Positions 26,351 through 36,950 of a DNA stretch of 64,000 nt are shown one piece after another. Within the stretch, counting starts at the first letter, position 1. Each line of letters begins with the position of its first letter. Source of the stretch: Eledone cirrhosa (Eukaryota); contig OZ024742.1 in assembly GCA_964016885.1 (NCBI GenBank), forward strand, positions 181,164,001 to 181,228,000, in the 5' to 3' direction. The notes under the pieces are model-generated. The model made no database searches, was not told the origin of the DNA, and saw nothing but the letters and a program-made list of their open reading frames with translations. Position numbers and translations under genes: made by a program.

Positions 26351-27917
26351 TCAGACCAATGATTTATGGACGCTATCCATGGGCCCTGGACTGAAATTCT
26401 CCCACCATCACCACCAATACTGCTTTGGATAATGATTATTCAAATTTCATTTGAAGTTTTATTCTAAATTGTCACAATTGTATCCATAAATAATGGGAAA
26501 TTTAACATCTCTTCCTCACCCCATACTTTCTTTTCCTTTCACTCTGTTTGAGTTTTCTATAGCTTATTCAATATCAGTATCACAAATTAGCAGAACTGTT
26601 AGAGCATTTAACAAAATACCTTTGAATATTTATTCTGGCACCTTACATTCTCAGTTCAAATCCTGAAAATCTTCTGGAAAAACTGACTAGTGGATATTTG
26701 TTGTCACCTAGTGTCTTCAAGGATTCAGTCTTGGTCTGTTTGGATAAGTAGTTCTATCCCAATCTGGACCAGCTTTCTCTTTTTATTTTATAAACTTCTA
26801 GAATGGTTGTCTTGTGCTCGATGTCTGTAAGGACAACTGCTATTAGCCAAGGAATGGCTATTGTGAGCAATACCTGGGTCATCCTCACCTTCTCTGATCT
26901 CTGGTCACAGTAGTATGGCACAAGAATGAATTCATCACTCCTAAAAGGAGCTAGGAAGTGTGATTTTTGCTTTCTGGTGGAGGGAAAATAAAACATCCAC
27001 TGACCCAAATCATTTACCTTGAATGATGTGTGTTTTGTGTGCACACATGCTATCCAAAGCTTTTTGGATTTGGGCCTCGGTGGCCCACTCAACCTACATA
27101 ATTTAGCTCCAATTATATGGTATGTTACTGTACAACGAAGCTAGATTTCCATTATGTCAGATAATGGTTTGAGGCCCACTCTGTGACCCATTTTCCACCA
27201 TTTTCTTCAACTCCATTAAATCTTCCTGTTTAATGGTTAATTTCTCTACATTTCTGCTGTTACCGTGAAAGAAGTGGTTGGACATGTGGGAGTGCTTTTC
27301 AATGTTGTTGGCAATGACTTTTGGTTTCCTTGAAACCTGGCTGGCTGGTCAACCTAGTGCATAACATGCTTGTTGGATGGCTAGCCGCTTTCTTGTTTTT
27401 CTGGTTGTCACTGTTACTGTTGTTGCTGTCATTGACGTTGTCATTATTGATGATGTCATCATTGTTGCTGTTGCTGCTTTTATTGTCATTGTTTTTGTTA
27501 CTGCTACTGCTGCTTTTGCTTTTGTTGCCATTGCTGTTGTTTCTCTTGCTGCTACTGTTATTTGCTGTTGCTAATTTTGGTGGTGGTGGTGGTATTGTTG
27601 TAGTTTATAGATGTGGTCTTGCTGGTTATTTCTGTAGTGGTGGTGGTGACAGTGGTGGTGTTTGCGGTCACATTGTTATTATTGCTTTTTGGGCATTTGC
27701 TGAAATCATGTGTTATGTGAAATATTTTGAGCATATTTTGCAAATGTAATTGCAAAACTCAAATATTATGAGGTCACCTATTCTGAGGGTAATCTATGGT
27801 ACCGTTTTTACATTTTGAAACAAAAATTTTAATGAAAAGCATTTTAAAAATAGGTGTAAAACAACAAATTTACAGGAGCTGACATGAAGACATTTGAAGC
27901 AAACAAGACTAATAATA

Positions 27918-28231
27918 ATTGTTTCTGATTTAGTTACAAGGCCAACAATTTTGGGAGAGGGGAAAGGTGATTAAATTGACACCACTTCATTACTGGTACT
28001 TTATTTTATTGACCACCTAAGGATGAAAAGCATGTGGTCTGATGCTCTACCAATACTGCCAGTCGATCAATAATAATTATAATAATAATTGTTTCTACTT
28101 TTTGCACAAGGCCAGCAATTACCCAGTACATTACTGGTACTTTATTTTATCGACCCCGTAAGGATGAAAGGCAAAGTTAACCTCGGCGGGATTTGAACTC
28201 AGAATGGCAAGGGCCGTAACTCTATGCGTCA
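27918..28231 (-). mobile_element. Two MetaSINE-like SINE fragments
   Basis: Same family motifs with (AAT)n spacers. Confidence 0.8.
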
Positions 28232-28239
28232 AATAATAA

Positions 28240-28718
28240 TGGTTTCATTTATTGACCACAAGAGCCGACATATAGGAGACAATACAATAGATGGGGAACA
28301 GTGGGGGTTTTACACAAAAATCGAGTAAAAAATAGGAAAACAATAACAATAAACAAGAAAAATGCAACAATGAAAATTCCCCAATAGATTGATTTATGTA
28401 GCCCACCAATCCTGAACCAGCCAACGCTTCGAGGGCACCCGGGAATGGTACCCTTATCCTCCTTAAATTCACCAGCCTACAGGTGCATGAAGAGAGTAAG
28501 CCCACTCACTCAGGCCATTCTCGCCCCATTCACCCACCTTTCAGTAAATGTACTGAGGGGCAGCACTTCTCTCTCTACCCTCACCTTCCTGTCCAACTGA
28601 AATTTGAAAATGTTGATGAGGGATTGGCCGAACAGAAAAGTGTCTCTTCAGTCCTTTCAACCTGGTTCACCATATAACCTCTTTCACTACTGCCACCAGA
28701 GAGAGGAAAATGTCTTCT
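28240..28718 (-). mobile_element. Tx1/L1-clade LINE 3' fragment
   Basis: Clear nucleotide similarity to 29345-29825 (3' UTR and ORF2 end). Confidence 0.85.
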
Positions 28719-28874
28719 GATTTAGGCACAAGGTCAACAACTCTATGCTGTAAAGCATGATGTCAAATGCTCTACTGATACTGTAATCAACCACCAATAA
28801 TAATAAAAATAATAATCTTAATTATTTCTTTCTTTATAGTCATTATTTATTTTTATTCATTATTTGATGATAAT

Positions 28875-29308
28875 AGGGCGTGGATTGGCAGTATCAGTAG
28901 ATGGTTGGACGTCATGCTTTGTAGCATAGAGTCATGGCCCTTTATGATCTGAGTTCAAAGTCAATCTCAAATCCCGCCGAGGTTGACTTTGCCTTTCATC
29001 CTTACGGGGTCAATAAAATAAAGTACCAGTAATGCACTGGGTAATTGCTGGCCTTGTGCCTAAAGTAGAAACAATTATTTATTTTTATTCATTATTTGAT
29101 GATAATAGGGCAGTGGATTGGCAGTATCAGTAGATGGTTGGATGTCATGCTTTGCAGCATAGAGTCATGGCCCTTTATGATCTGAGTTCAAATCCTGCCG
29201 AGGTTAACTTTGCCTTTCATCCTTACGGGGTTGATAAAATAAAGTACCAGTAATGCACTGGGCCGATTTAATCGACTTTCCCCTCCCTCCTATATAAGAA
29301 ACCATTAT
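28875..29308 (+). mobile_element. Two tandem MetaSINE-like SINEs
   Basis: Two copies, each preceded by the same TTATTCATTATTTGATGATAATAGGGC junction; A and B boxes present. Confidence 0.85.
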
Positions 29309-29344
29309 TTGATAATAATAATAATAATGATAATAATAATAATG

Positions 29345-32300
29345 ATTTCATTTATTGGCCGCAAGGGCCGATATGTAGGGGACAATACAAAGACAGGGAC
29401 AGTGGGGGTTTATAATAAGCTCGAGTAAAAGGGCACTATGGCAAGACTATGCATTAGTATAACAAAATAAATTCCCCAATAGTGGGGCGGACGACCCAGG
29501 GGTGACTCAGGTACCCCACCAATCCTGAACCACCCTGCGCTTCTAGGGCATCCGGGGAGAGCACCCCTCTCCTCATCAAATTAGCCAGCCTATAAGCACA
29601 TGGTCAGAGTAGGCCCACTCACACGGACCATTCTCGCCACATTCATCCATCTGTTAGCAAATGTACTGGGGGGCAGCACTTCTCTCTCCACCCTCACCTT
29701 CCTTTCCAGGTGAAACTTGAAGAAGTTGATGAGGGATTGGCCGAAGAGAAAAGTGTCTGTCTTCGGTCCTTTCAATCTGGTCCACCATACAACCTCTTTC
29801 GCAACTGCCACCAGACAGAGGAAAATTGCCTGCCCTTCCTGGTCAGTGGAAAGTGGTGGCTCGATCTTCACTATGGAATCAACCAAATGCCGGATCCGTT
29901 CTACACGTGACAATAGCTGTTCGACAAAACTCCACAAGTCAGTAATACATGGACATTGGACAAGTGCGAGCAGAGCCGTTTCATCGCCCTGTGTGCATCT
30001 CGGGCAGGTCCGTCTGACAGCACTTCCGTGCCTGTAGAGTTTATCTTGAAACGACAGTGCCCCGCAGTAGCACTGCCAAGTGAGGGATTTCTGGAAATTA
30101 TCTATCATCCCCAGCTCAAAAGTCCTCCAGAAAAGACTGGTCAATTCGACTTCATCAAAGCCCAAAGCCTCTCCGAGTACGTCATCGCACTTTGCCACCA
30201 CTAATCCTCTATAGAACTCGAGAGTGGAAGATCCACTGATCGCATTGCCCGCTTGGTAGAGGGCAGTGAGTGCTTGGTAACATTCCAGGTGCCAGTCACA
30301 CAGTCTCGGTATCTTCTTGACTCACGACTGCAGCTCAGTCAAAGAAACGAGCTGCGGAAAGGCCCGTCTGATAAACGGCGACCACACTTGTTCACCGTTT
30401 AGGCAGAATATCTGGAGATATCACAGCCTCAGCACATGTGTGCACATCATTAGCCACGGCATGCCCAGTCCTCCGTGTAGAGGGTGCTGGCAGCAGATGG
30501 ACCACCTCACCAACGGGACTTGTCCTCTCCATAAGAATTTGAAGTGCAGCCGTTCCAACTTGGCGAGGCACGGACGGAGGCAAGGCACGATGGTCAGGCG
30601 ATAGTAGATGACGGATGCGATGTATGCATTCGCAACCTCCATGTGACCTTTCAGTGATAGCTTCCTCACAGCTCATTTTTGGGTGAGACTGGCTACTCTG
30701 CTCATTACCTCGTCCCAATTCTTTTCCACCTGGAGGTCTGGTCTGAACCAAACCCCAAGCAACTTTACTGGTCCGTCCATCCAGCACCCCATGTCGCTGT
30801 TGGACGGCATGTACTTGCCTCTCCAGGTGCTGTGTTGCAAGCCTACAGACTTTTCCGGGTTAATTTTCTCTCCTGTCAACCTGTCATATTCCTTCAAAAA
30901 GGTGCCAACCACCTCCATTTCCTAGGTGTCCGACACCATCATGGTGATATCGTCTGCATAAGCCAACACAACCTGACTGTGACCCAGTTCGAGTGGGATG
31001 CCCTGCAACAGCTCCAGCTTCCACAGTAAAAGCTCGAGAGTCAATATGTACAGAAGGGAAGAGAGAGAGCACCCTTGATGGACCGATCGAGAGACACAAA
31101 AAGGTTCCCATTAACCCTGGCCATTAACCCTGACCACCGAGCAGATGCTGCTGTGCATTGCAGCAATCAAGCTTCTGAAGACAGGGCCAAAGCCAGCTGC
31201 TTTGAGGACAGCCTCCAGGTACCAATGGTCGACCCTATCAAATGCTTTCGATTGATCTAAATTGATCAGTGCCCCACCGAAGCCAGGTTTACACCCTACC
31301 CTCTTTATGATGTATCGCATGAGGTGGAGGTTGTCATGTATGGAGGTTGTCATGCTGGCGAATGGCCTCACACATCCGCATGGAATCGCTTATCTCGTGT
31401 CCGTTTCGGTCCACCAAAGACCGAATTGTGGTTTTATTACCACACTGCGCTTTCGTCACGTGGGCCCATCAAACAGCTTTGGTTCCCTCGTTTCTCAGAG
31501 CATGCGCCTTAGCTCTGACAATGCAACTTTCATGTTTTGCATTGAAGAAATGGTCTAATGCCATTCTCGCCGATAGCACGTCTATTGCAATGCCACTACA
31601 AATAGCCTTGTCTAACTTATCTACCAGCTCCCCCTCCCTTCTATATTTCTCTAACGCTACTTCTTTGCTAAACCCTATCAAAGTTATTCTAATCTCTCGT
31701 TGACGATCCTCTCTGTCAACTTTTGCTTAACTAAATTGTTGACCCAGTCCCTGTAAGCCTTGTGTGCTGCAAATGACATGTTCAGCTTCCAGTAATCAGG
31801 TCCTAACCTCCGCATTTTATCTAGGTCGACTATACAGACCACAAATTTGTGATCTGAATAGGCGACCGTTTTAAAAGGTGGGCAGCCTACACTATTTCTA
31901 TCTATTTTCCTAATGAAGATCCTGTCTATATACAATCTAGCTGACCCTATGTGGTTGGTCCACGTCCACACTGGCGCATGTGGAAATCTAGTTGGTACCT
32001 GTCAGATAGTTGAAACTGCCTGATTAGGTGCTTGAGGCTTTTGCATCCCCCACTCCTATGAGCTACCCCCTCACAATCCCAACGTGCTTCTAAGATGCCA
32101 TTCCAGTCCCCCGCTAACAGTAAAGGGCTAGACGTACCCAGAAAGGCTTCCAGATGCCTAAAGAAGTCCAGTCGTCTGGCCCTGGTAGGGGCATAGACAG
32201 CCAGCAGTCTAAAGAATCCACAACTTACCATCCAGGTCCCGGAAGTTCAACCTTACCTCGAGATTCAGGCCTTTCCTAAACAGTACTGCTACCCCACCTC

Positions 32301-34698
32301 CCATTCCCGGCCTGCTAACAGATGCGAAGATCTGATAGCCGTTGAAAATGGGGGGGCTAGTGCACATGTGTCGGAAATTTTGGTCTCGCTGACGGCAATC
32401 GCATCCATTTCCAGAGACCTGAGGTCATTGAGCAGGCGACCCTGCTTCCAGGGTGACCCTAGGCCACAAACATTTAAACATCCTACTCTTAATGTGGCCA
32501 TGTTGGCAAGCTAAAAGAAAGAGGGAAGGTTTACTTACCCCCCGGGGTCTTGTGAAGGTCGGGTGGTTCGACCTCCATGGTTGGTGGGGTTTCTTTTGGG
32601 AACCCCTTTAAAAGTCTCTGGGTTTCATGTTCGGGGTTACCACATCCTGAGAAAGCTCTCTCGAATTTCTTTGTAGGAATCGAGTGACATTCACACCAGA
32701 AACAAATCTTCTGGCACGCAAAATGTGCTCAATTCAAAGATCTCCCCCTCTGTTTGAATGTCCTCGCTTCATGCTAAGTTGGCCATCAATTTCTCGTTGG
32801 CCCTTCTGACAAGCACAAAGTTTTGAATGTTTTGTTGGTGTGGTTTTATTTGTTTCTGTTACAGTGACTGTGGTAGTGATGGTTTTGATGGTGTTGTTTC
32901 GGGTATGTTTGTGTTTGTTGTAGGTGTGGTGTCTGTGTGTTTATTTAGGTTGTTTGCATTTAGGGGATTGTGAGGGGGGGTGTTGATGTTATTGGGGAAG
33001 TGTTTGTGCTGGTGGTCTTTTTTGTTGTGTATGTTTTTGTGTTTTGTGGATGCTTTTTTTTTGTGAGTTTTCTCTTTTGTTTTTTGGCACATTGGGGTTT
33101 CCTTCATCTTTACAACTGGAAGACAAATGGTCTGTGGCTGTGAGTGCATTTATGGTTTTGTCCATGTGTATAATTGGAGGGGTAGGAGGAGTGGGCGAGT
33201 TCTCCTCATTTTCCTCTTGGGTTTGTTTCGGTGCTGGTGGTGGTCTGGCTGTGTGGTCTGGATGTTCGTGGGGTTGTCTGTGTCATTGTTGGTGTTATTG
33301 TTGTTGGTGGAGGTGCAGCTTTCCGTGTTGGCACTGGAATTGGCAACAAAGGAGGTTTGCGACCCCTTGCATTTTTGAGCTGAGGGCAGAAGGCTTGCAG
33401 ATGCGTTACTTCCCCGCAGTCAAGGCAGAGCGGCCTTCTTCCCTCAGTGATTAATTTTATCATTGTCCCGTCCTGCAGGTGGGCAAAATCTGGGATGTTG
33501 TTGAGGTCCTCTGGTTTCATTTGGAGAAGAATCTCCAAATCCATTCTGGACCAGTCCTCTCTCTACGTCCTTTTGATATCTAGGAGGGTAGTGTCTGTTC
33601 CCTCCTCGATTACGCATCCCAGGAGCCACCATATGTTCATTCCTGGTGGGATCATAGGAATGCGGACCTTTACTGTCCTTTTGCCCATGTAGGACGGGTG
33701 CATGATAATGCATTCCAACCTGCAGGGGTCACGGAGTGCTTAATAGCAAGGGCCTCAGTTTTGAACAGTACCGAGTTGGTACCGAACTGCTTGGCTCTTA
33801 CTTTGTACTCGATGTCACTTCCAGTGCACTTCAAAGCAGTTGCGACTTCTGCCCAGTTGGCGAGTTCCACTTTGCATGTCTGCACTGAAATGCATCGAAA
33901 GTACACCTTTGCATGGCTCTATTGCCCCCGTCTGGGATGGTTACTTTGGCCCAGAACTTCTGTCGTTTAATTAACCTCCATGCCTGGGTCACTGTTGTTC
34001 CTTATCGCTGATATCTTCGTTGAAGAAGCGCTTTGTTTTAGATGTGGCCGCTGCAAATGTCGCGCCTTCGTTGAGCTTGTTGTTGCTTTCATTGCTGTTC
34101 TTTTTGATGGTGTTGTCGTTCCTGCTGTTGTTGTTGGTGTTGTTGTTCTTGTTGTTGCTACCGTTATTAGTGTTTATATTGAGGCTGTTGGTGTTAATGT
34201 CGTTGTTTTTTGGGGGGTTGTGGTTGTTGTTGTTGTGGTTGTTGTTGCGATGGTGGTGGTGATGTTGTTTGGATGGAGGTGATACAGTTTTGTTAACCGC
34301 TTCATTCTGTGATAGTAGCAGCAGTGTTGGTAATTCTTGTTTTTTTACATTCAGTGGAGTGGACGGGAGACATGTCTGTGGTAGTAATAGTCGTAGTGGT
34401 GGGACCTGTAGTGGCTGTTTTTGACCTTTTGATCTGTATGTTGTTTACTGTTTCAAAGTCGAAAATTTCCATTTTTTTGCGGGGTGGGAAGCAATTTTTT
34501 TCGAAGTTTTTAAAAATAAATCTGAATATTCGGGCTTAAATCCCAGAATATTGATAGGTCTCCCCTCTTTGGAACCAAAGTCGGTACCTTATGCTTCTTT
34601 ATCGACAAGCAAATACAAAAAATGATACTTTAAAACAGCTTAAAATTACGAACCTTTTCTCCCGCAGACTTGTAACGTCTTCACACATGTGGTCCAAA
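29345..34698 (-). mobile_element. Near full-length, degenerate Tx1/L1-clade LINE
   Basis: ORF1 remnants with CCHC knuckle CLDCGEVTHLQAFC. ORF2 starts MATLRVGCLNVCGL (32501) with APE motifs (VSETK, AVYAP, AGDWN, YIDRIF, YSDH), RT motifs (LDQSKAFDRVDH, QGCSLSPLLY, AYADD) and a C-terminal CPRC..ETALLALVQC. Many frameshifts; (AAT)n at both ends. Confidence 0.95.
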
Positions 34699-34699
34699 C

Positions 34700-34735
<36 letters not shown>

Positions 34736-34736
<1 letters not shown>

Positions 34737-35030
34737 TTTTCTTTATTAACCACAAGGGTTAACACAAAGTATAACATTAAGGACAACACAGGACAATACA
34801 AATGGGCATTTCTGCATGTAAAAAAAGGAAACAATGAAAAATTTCCAAAAGCGGGGAGACCTCCGAGGGTTGCTCGTGGAGAAACCTCACAAGAAAAGCC
34901 ACGGTTACCATGACCGCTAGGGCAAATGCCCTCTTCCAGTTTTCCTCCTATAATGCTGCAGGCACACGCTCAGGGTAGACCCATTCACATGGGCCATTCA
35001 TGCCTCTCTCACCCACCTTTAAACAAACTG
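34736..35030 (-). mobile_element. Tx1/L1-clade LINE 3' fragment directly upstream of the long copy
   Basis: Homologous to 25645-25950; ends in AATAAAGAAAAC(ATT)n. Confidence 0.75.
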
Positions 35031-36895
35031 GATATAATAACAAGTAGCTGGACCCGTGAAAAAATTCACAGATAATTTTTGAAATTTAAATATTGTCCAA
35101 TGAATATTTTTCAGTTAATCAAATTTGTTTGATTTGCAGTATTTTGGGTGAATAAACAATTCTATTTTCCTTTATTTTATGTATAATAATGTAAGTTTAT
35201 TTAAAATTAATTTCATAAAAGTACACATAAAAAACATCCTTCAAAGCACTTCCCTATATACAATGTTTCTAGTAAAGGTGATTCCCCTTCTGCAGCCATG
35301 GATGGAGTCGTTTTGTGGTATCACTTTAACTCTCACACTGTTCATTGCCCTTGCTCTTGAAAATGCTACGTATAACTGGCCATGAGTGAAGCATGGCTGT
35401 GGCAAGTGTATGCCGACTGTCGAATGTTTGCCCGTGCTTTATTGATTCTGTAGAAAAGGTTCTCTCTCCTCTGGCTCGTATCATTGCCCCTTTCTTGCAT
35501 TTGTTCTCGATTACGGTCACAGATTGCTTGCCTCTCTTCTGCTTGTAACTGTTGCCGTATCTTTGTCACTCTCTCGCTGCCTCTCTTTGTTGACTTATTC
35601 TATCTTCCCTTTTTAAGAATGGTTGTTTCAGTAACTATGAAGAACACCTAGCTGGTATAAGAAAGTGGTTAGAGATGCTGTTTGTCATAAATAAAAACTT
35701 GTAACAAAAAAAAAAATCACAAACAAACTAACTGAGGGTAAAGCATTACCTATTTGGCAGAGGTAAAAATAGAGTGAATTATAAATTTTTAACTTATCTC
35801 ACGACAGTAATATAAAATATATAATTTCTTCTGTTGGGAGTTGAAGTCATTCTTGGGCGGTGAATGATAAGACCATAAAAGAAAATATTCGGCGCATGGC
35901 ATTACATCAAATTATTGTATGTATGATACAGATTTTTTTCAACAGCATATAAATTACTATGTAATTACTGAAAGCATGACACACACAGTTGGACGTACGG
36001 TACGTAGGTACAAGCGTATTAATATATAGATGATAATAGTAATAAAAAATAAAAAATAAAAAATAATAAAAATAATAATAATAAATAAAAATAAACAAAG
36101 AGAGATTGCAATATGGATGGAACACTTACAAAAACAGCATTGCTTGGAACAACTCAAATACTCTGGTGTGGTGTTATTTCAGTTCACTCGTAGTGAACAG
36201 TTAACTCTGTAATACATCTCCAGTGTTTGAAGTTGAGTAAAGAAACAATAATGATAATAAATATAACTAGAATTATAATACAATTAGTAGTACTAAATGT
36301 CGAAATGTTTGGAAGCTCTGTTGTGAAAGGGGTAACATGCTATGCCAACTCAACCTACATGCCATTCTGCCATCATAACTGTTGCTTGTAAAAGGCTAAT
36401 TCAATTTGCTGGTAATTAATTAGCACAGCTTATATGATAATCAGCATTTGAAAATCCGCAGGAAATTTCTTTAATTAAGATTCAAAAGGGTGGGGAAGTA
36501 TACTATTGGCTGGTCGTAGTTTCCATGTCTGTCCTGACAAGCAACAATGGTATAAACACATCATTGTTGCCTGCTCAGCAACTGACAAATAGCATTTATG
36601 CAAAAACATTTTCCATTAACCCTTTTGATACCAAACCTCATGGCTCTATGATAAAATTACATACAATTACATCATAATTTTATGTATGAACTTTTATTTA
36701 GTTATATTTGAAGCAGCTATAAATAATGAGAAAGTTCATCATCATCATCGTTTAACATCCATTTTTCACATTAGCATGGGTTAATCAGCTTGTGTTAAAT
36801 ACCTTAACTGTTCAAGTTTTTCTTGGAAAGAAAAACTTGAACAGTTAAGGTATCTTTTCTTGGTTATATCAAAATTTATAAAACGAACTTTGTAT

Positions 36896-36950
36896 TTTAT
36901 CTGATGAAAGCGTACCAAAGTTTTGGTACCCTTGAAATATATATAATAGA
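36896..36950 (+). ncRNA. Minimal hammerhead ribozyme, family C copy 1
   Basis: TTTAT CTGATGA AAGCGTACCAAA GT TTTGGTACCCTT GAAA TATATA TA ATAGA; sits in a ~190-bp element (36799-36990) that starts with a 26-bp-arm hairpin. Confidence 0.72.

Noticed and set aside
26670-27330. ORF 26754-27092 as a host exon or HERO/NeSL-like LINE remnant
   Set aside because: Only a faint resemblance to post-RT motifs of RLE-type LINEs; too decayed to call without a search.
27330-27680. Leucine-rich hydrophobic ORF 27321-27749
   Set aside because: Cryptic (TTG/CTG/GGT)n low-complexity DNA with no evidence of coding.
34070-34270. (GTT/GGT)-rich Tx1 ORF1 segment as the seed of the 13-mer satellite
   Set aside because: Only compositional similarity; no 13-bp period and no Tx1 sequence at the satellite borders.
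35035-35820. Possible Helitron-like fragment (Q/E/R-rich minus-strand peptide)
   Set aside because: No Rep or helicase motif and no clear termini.
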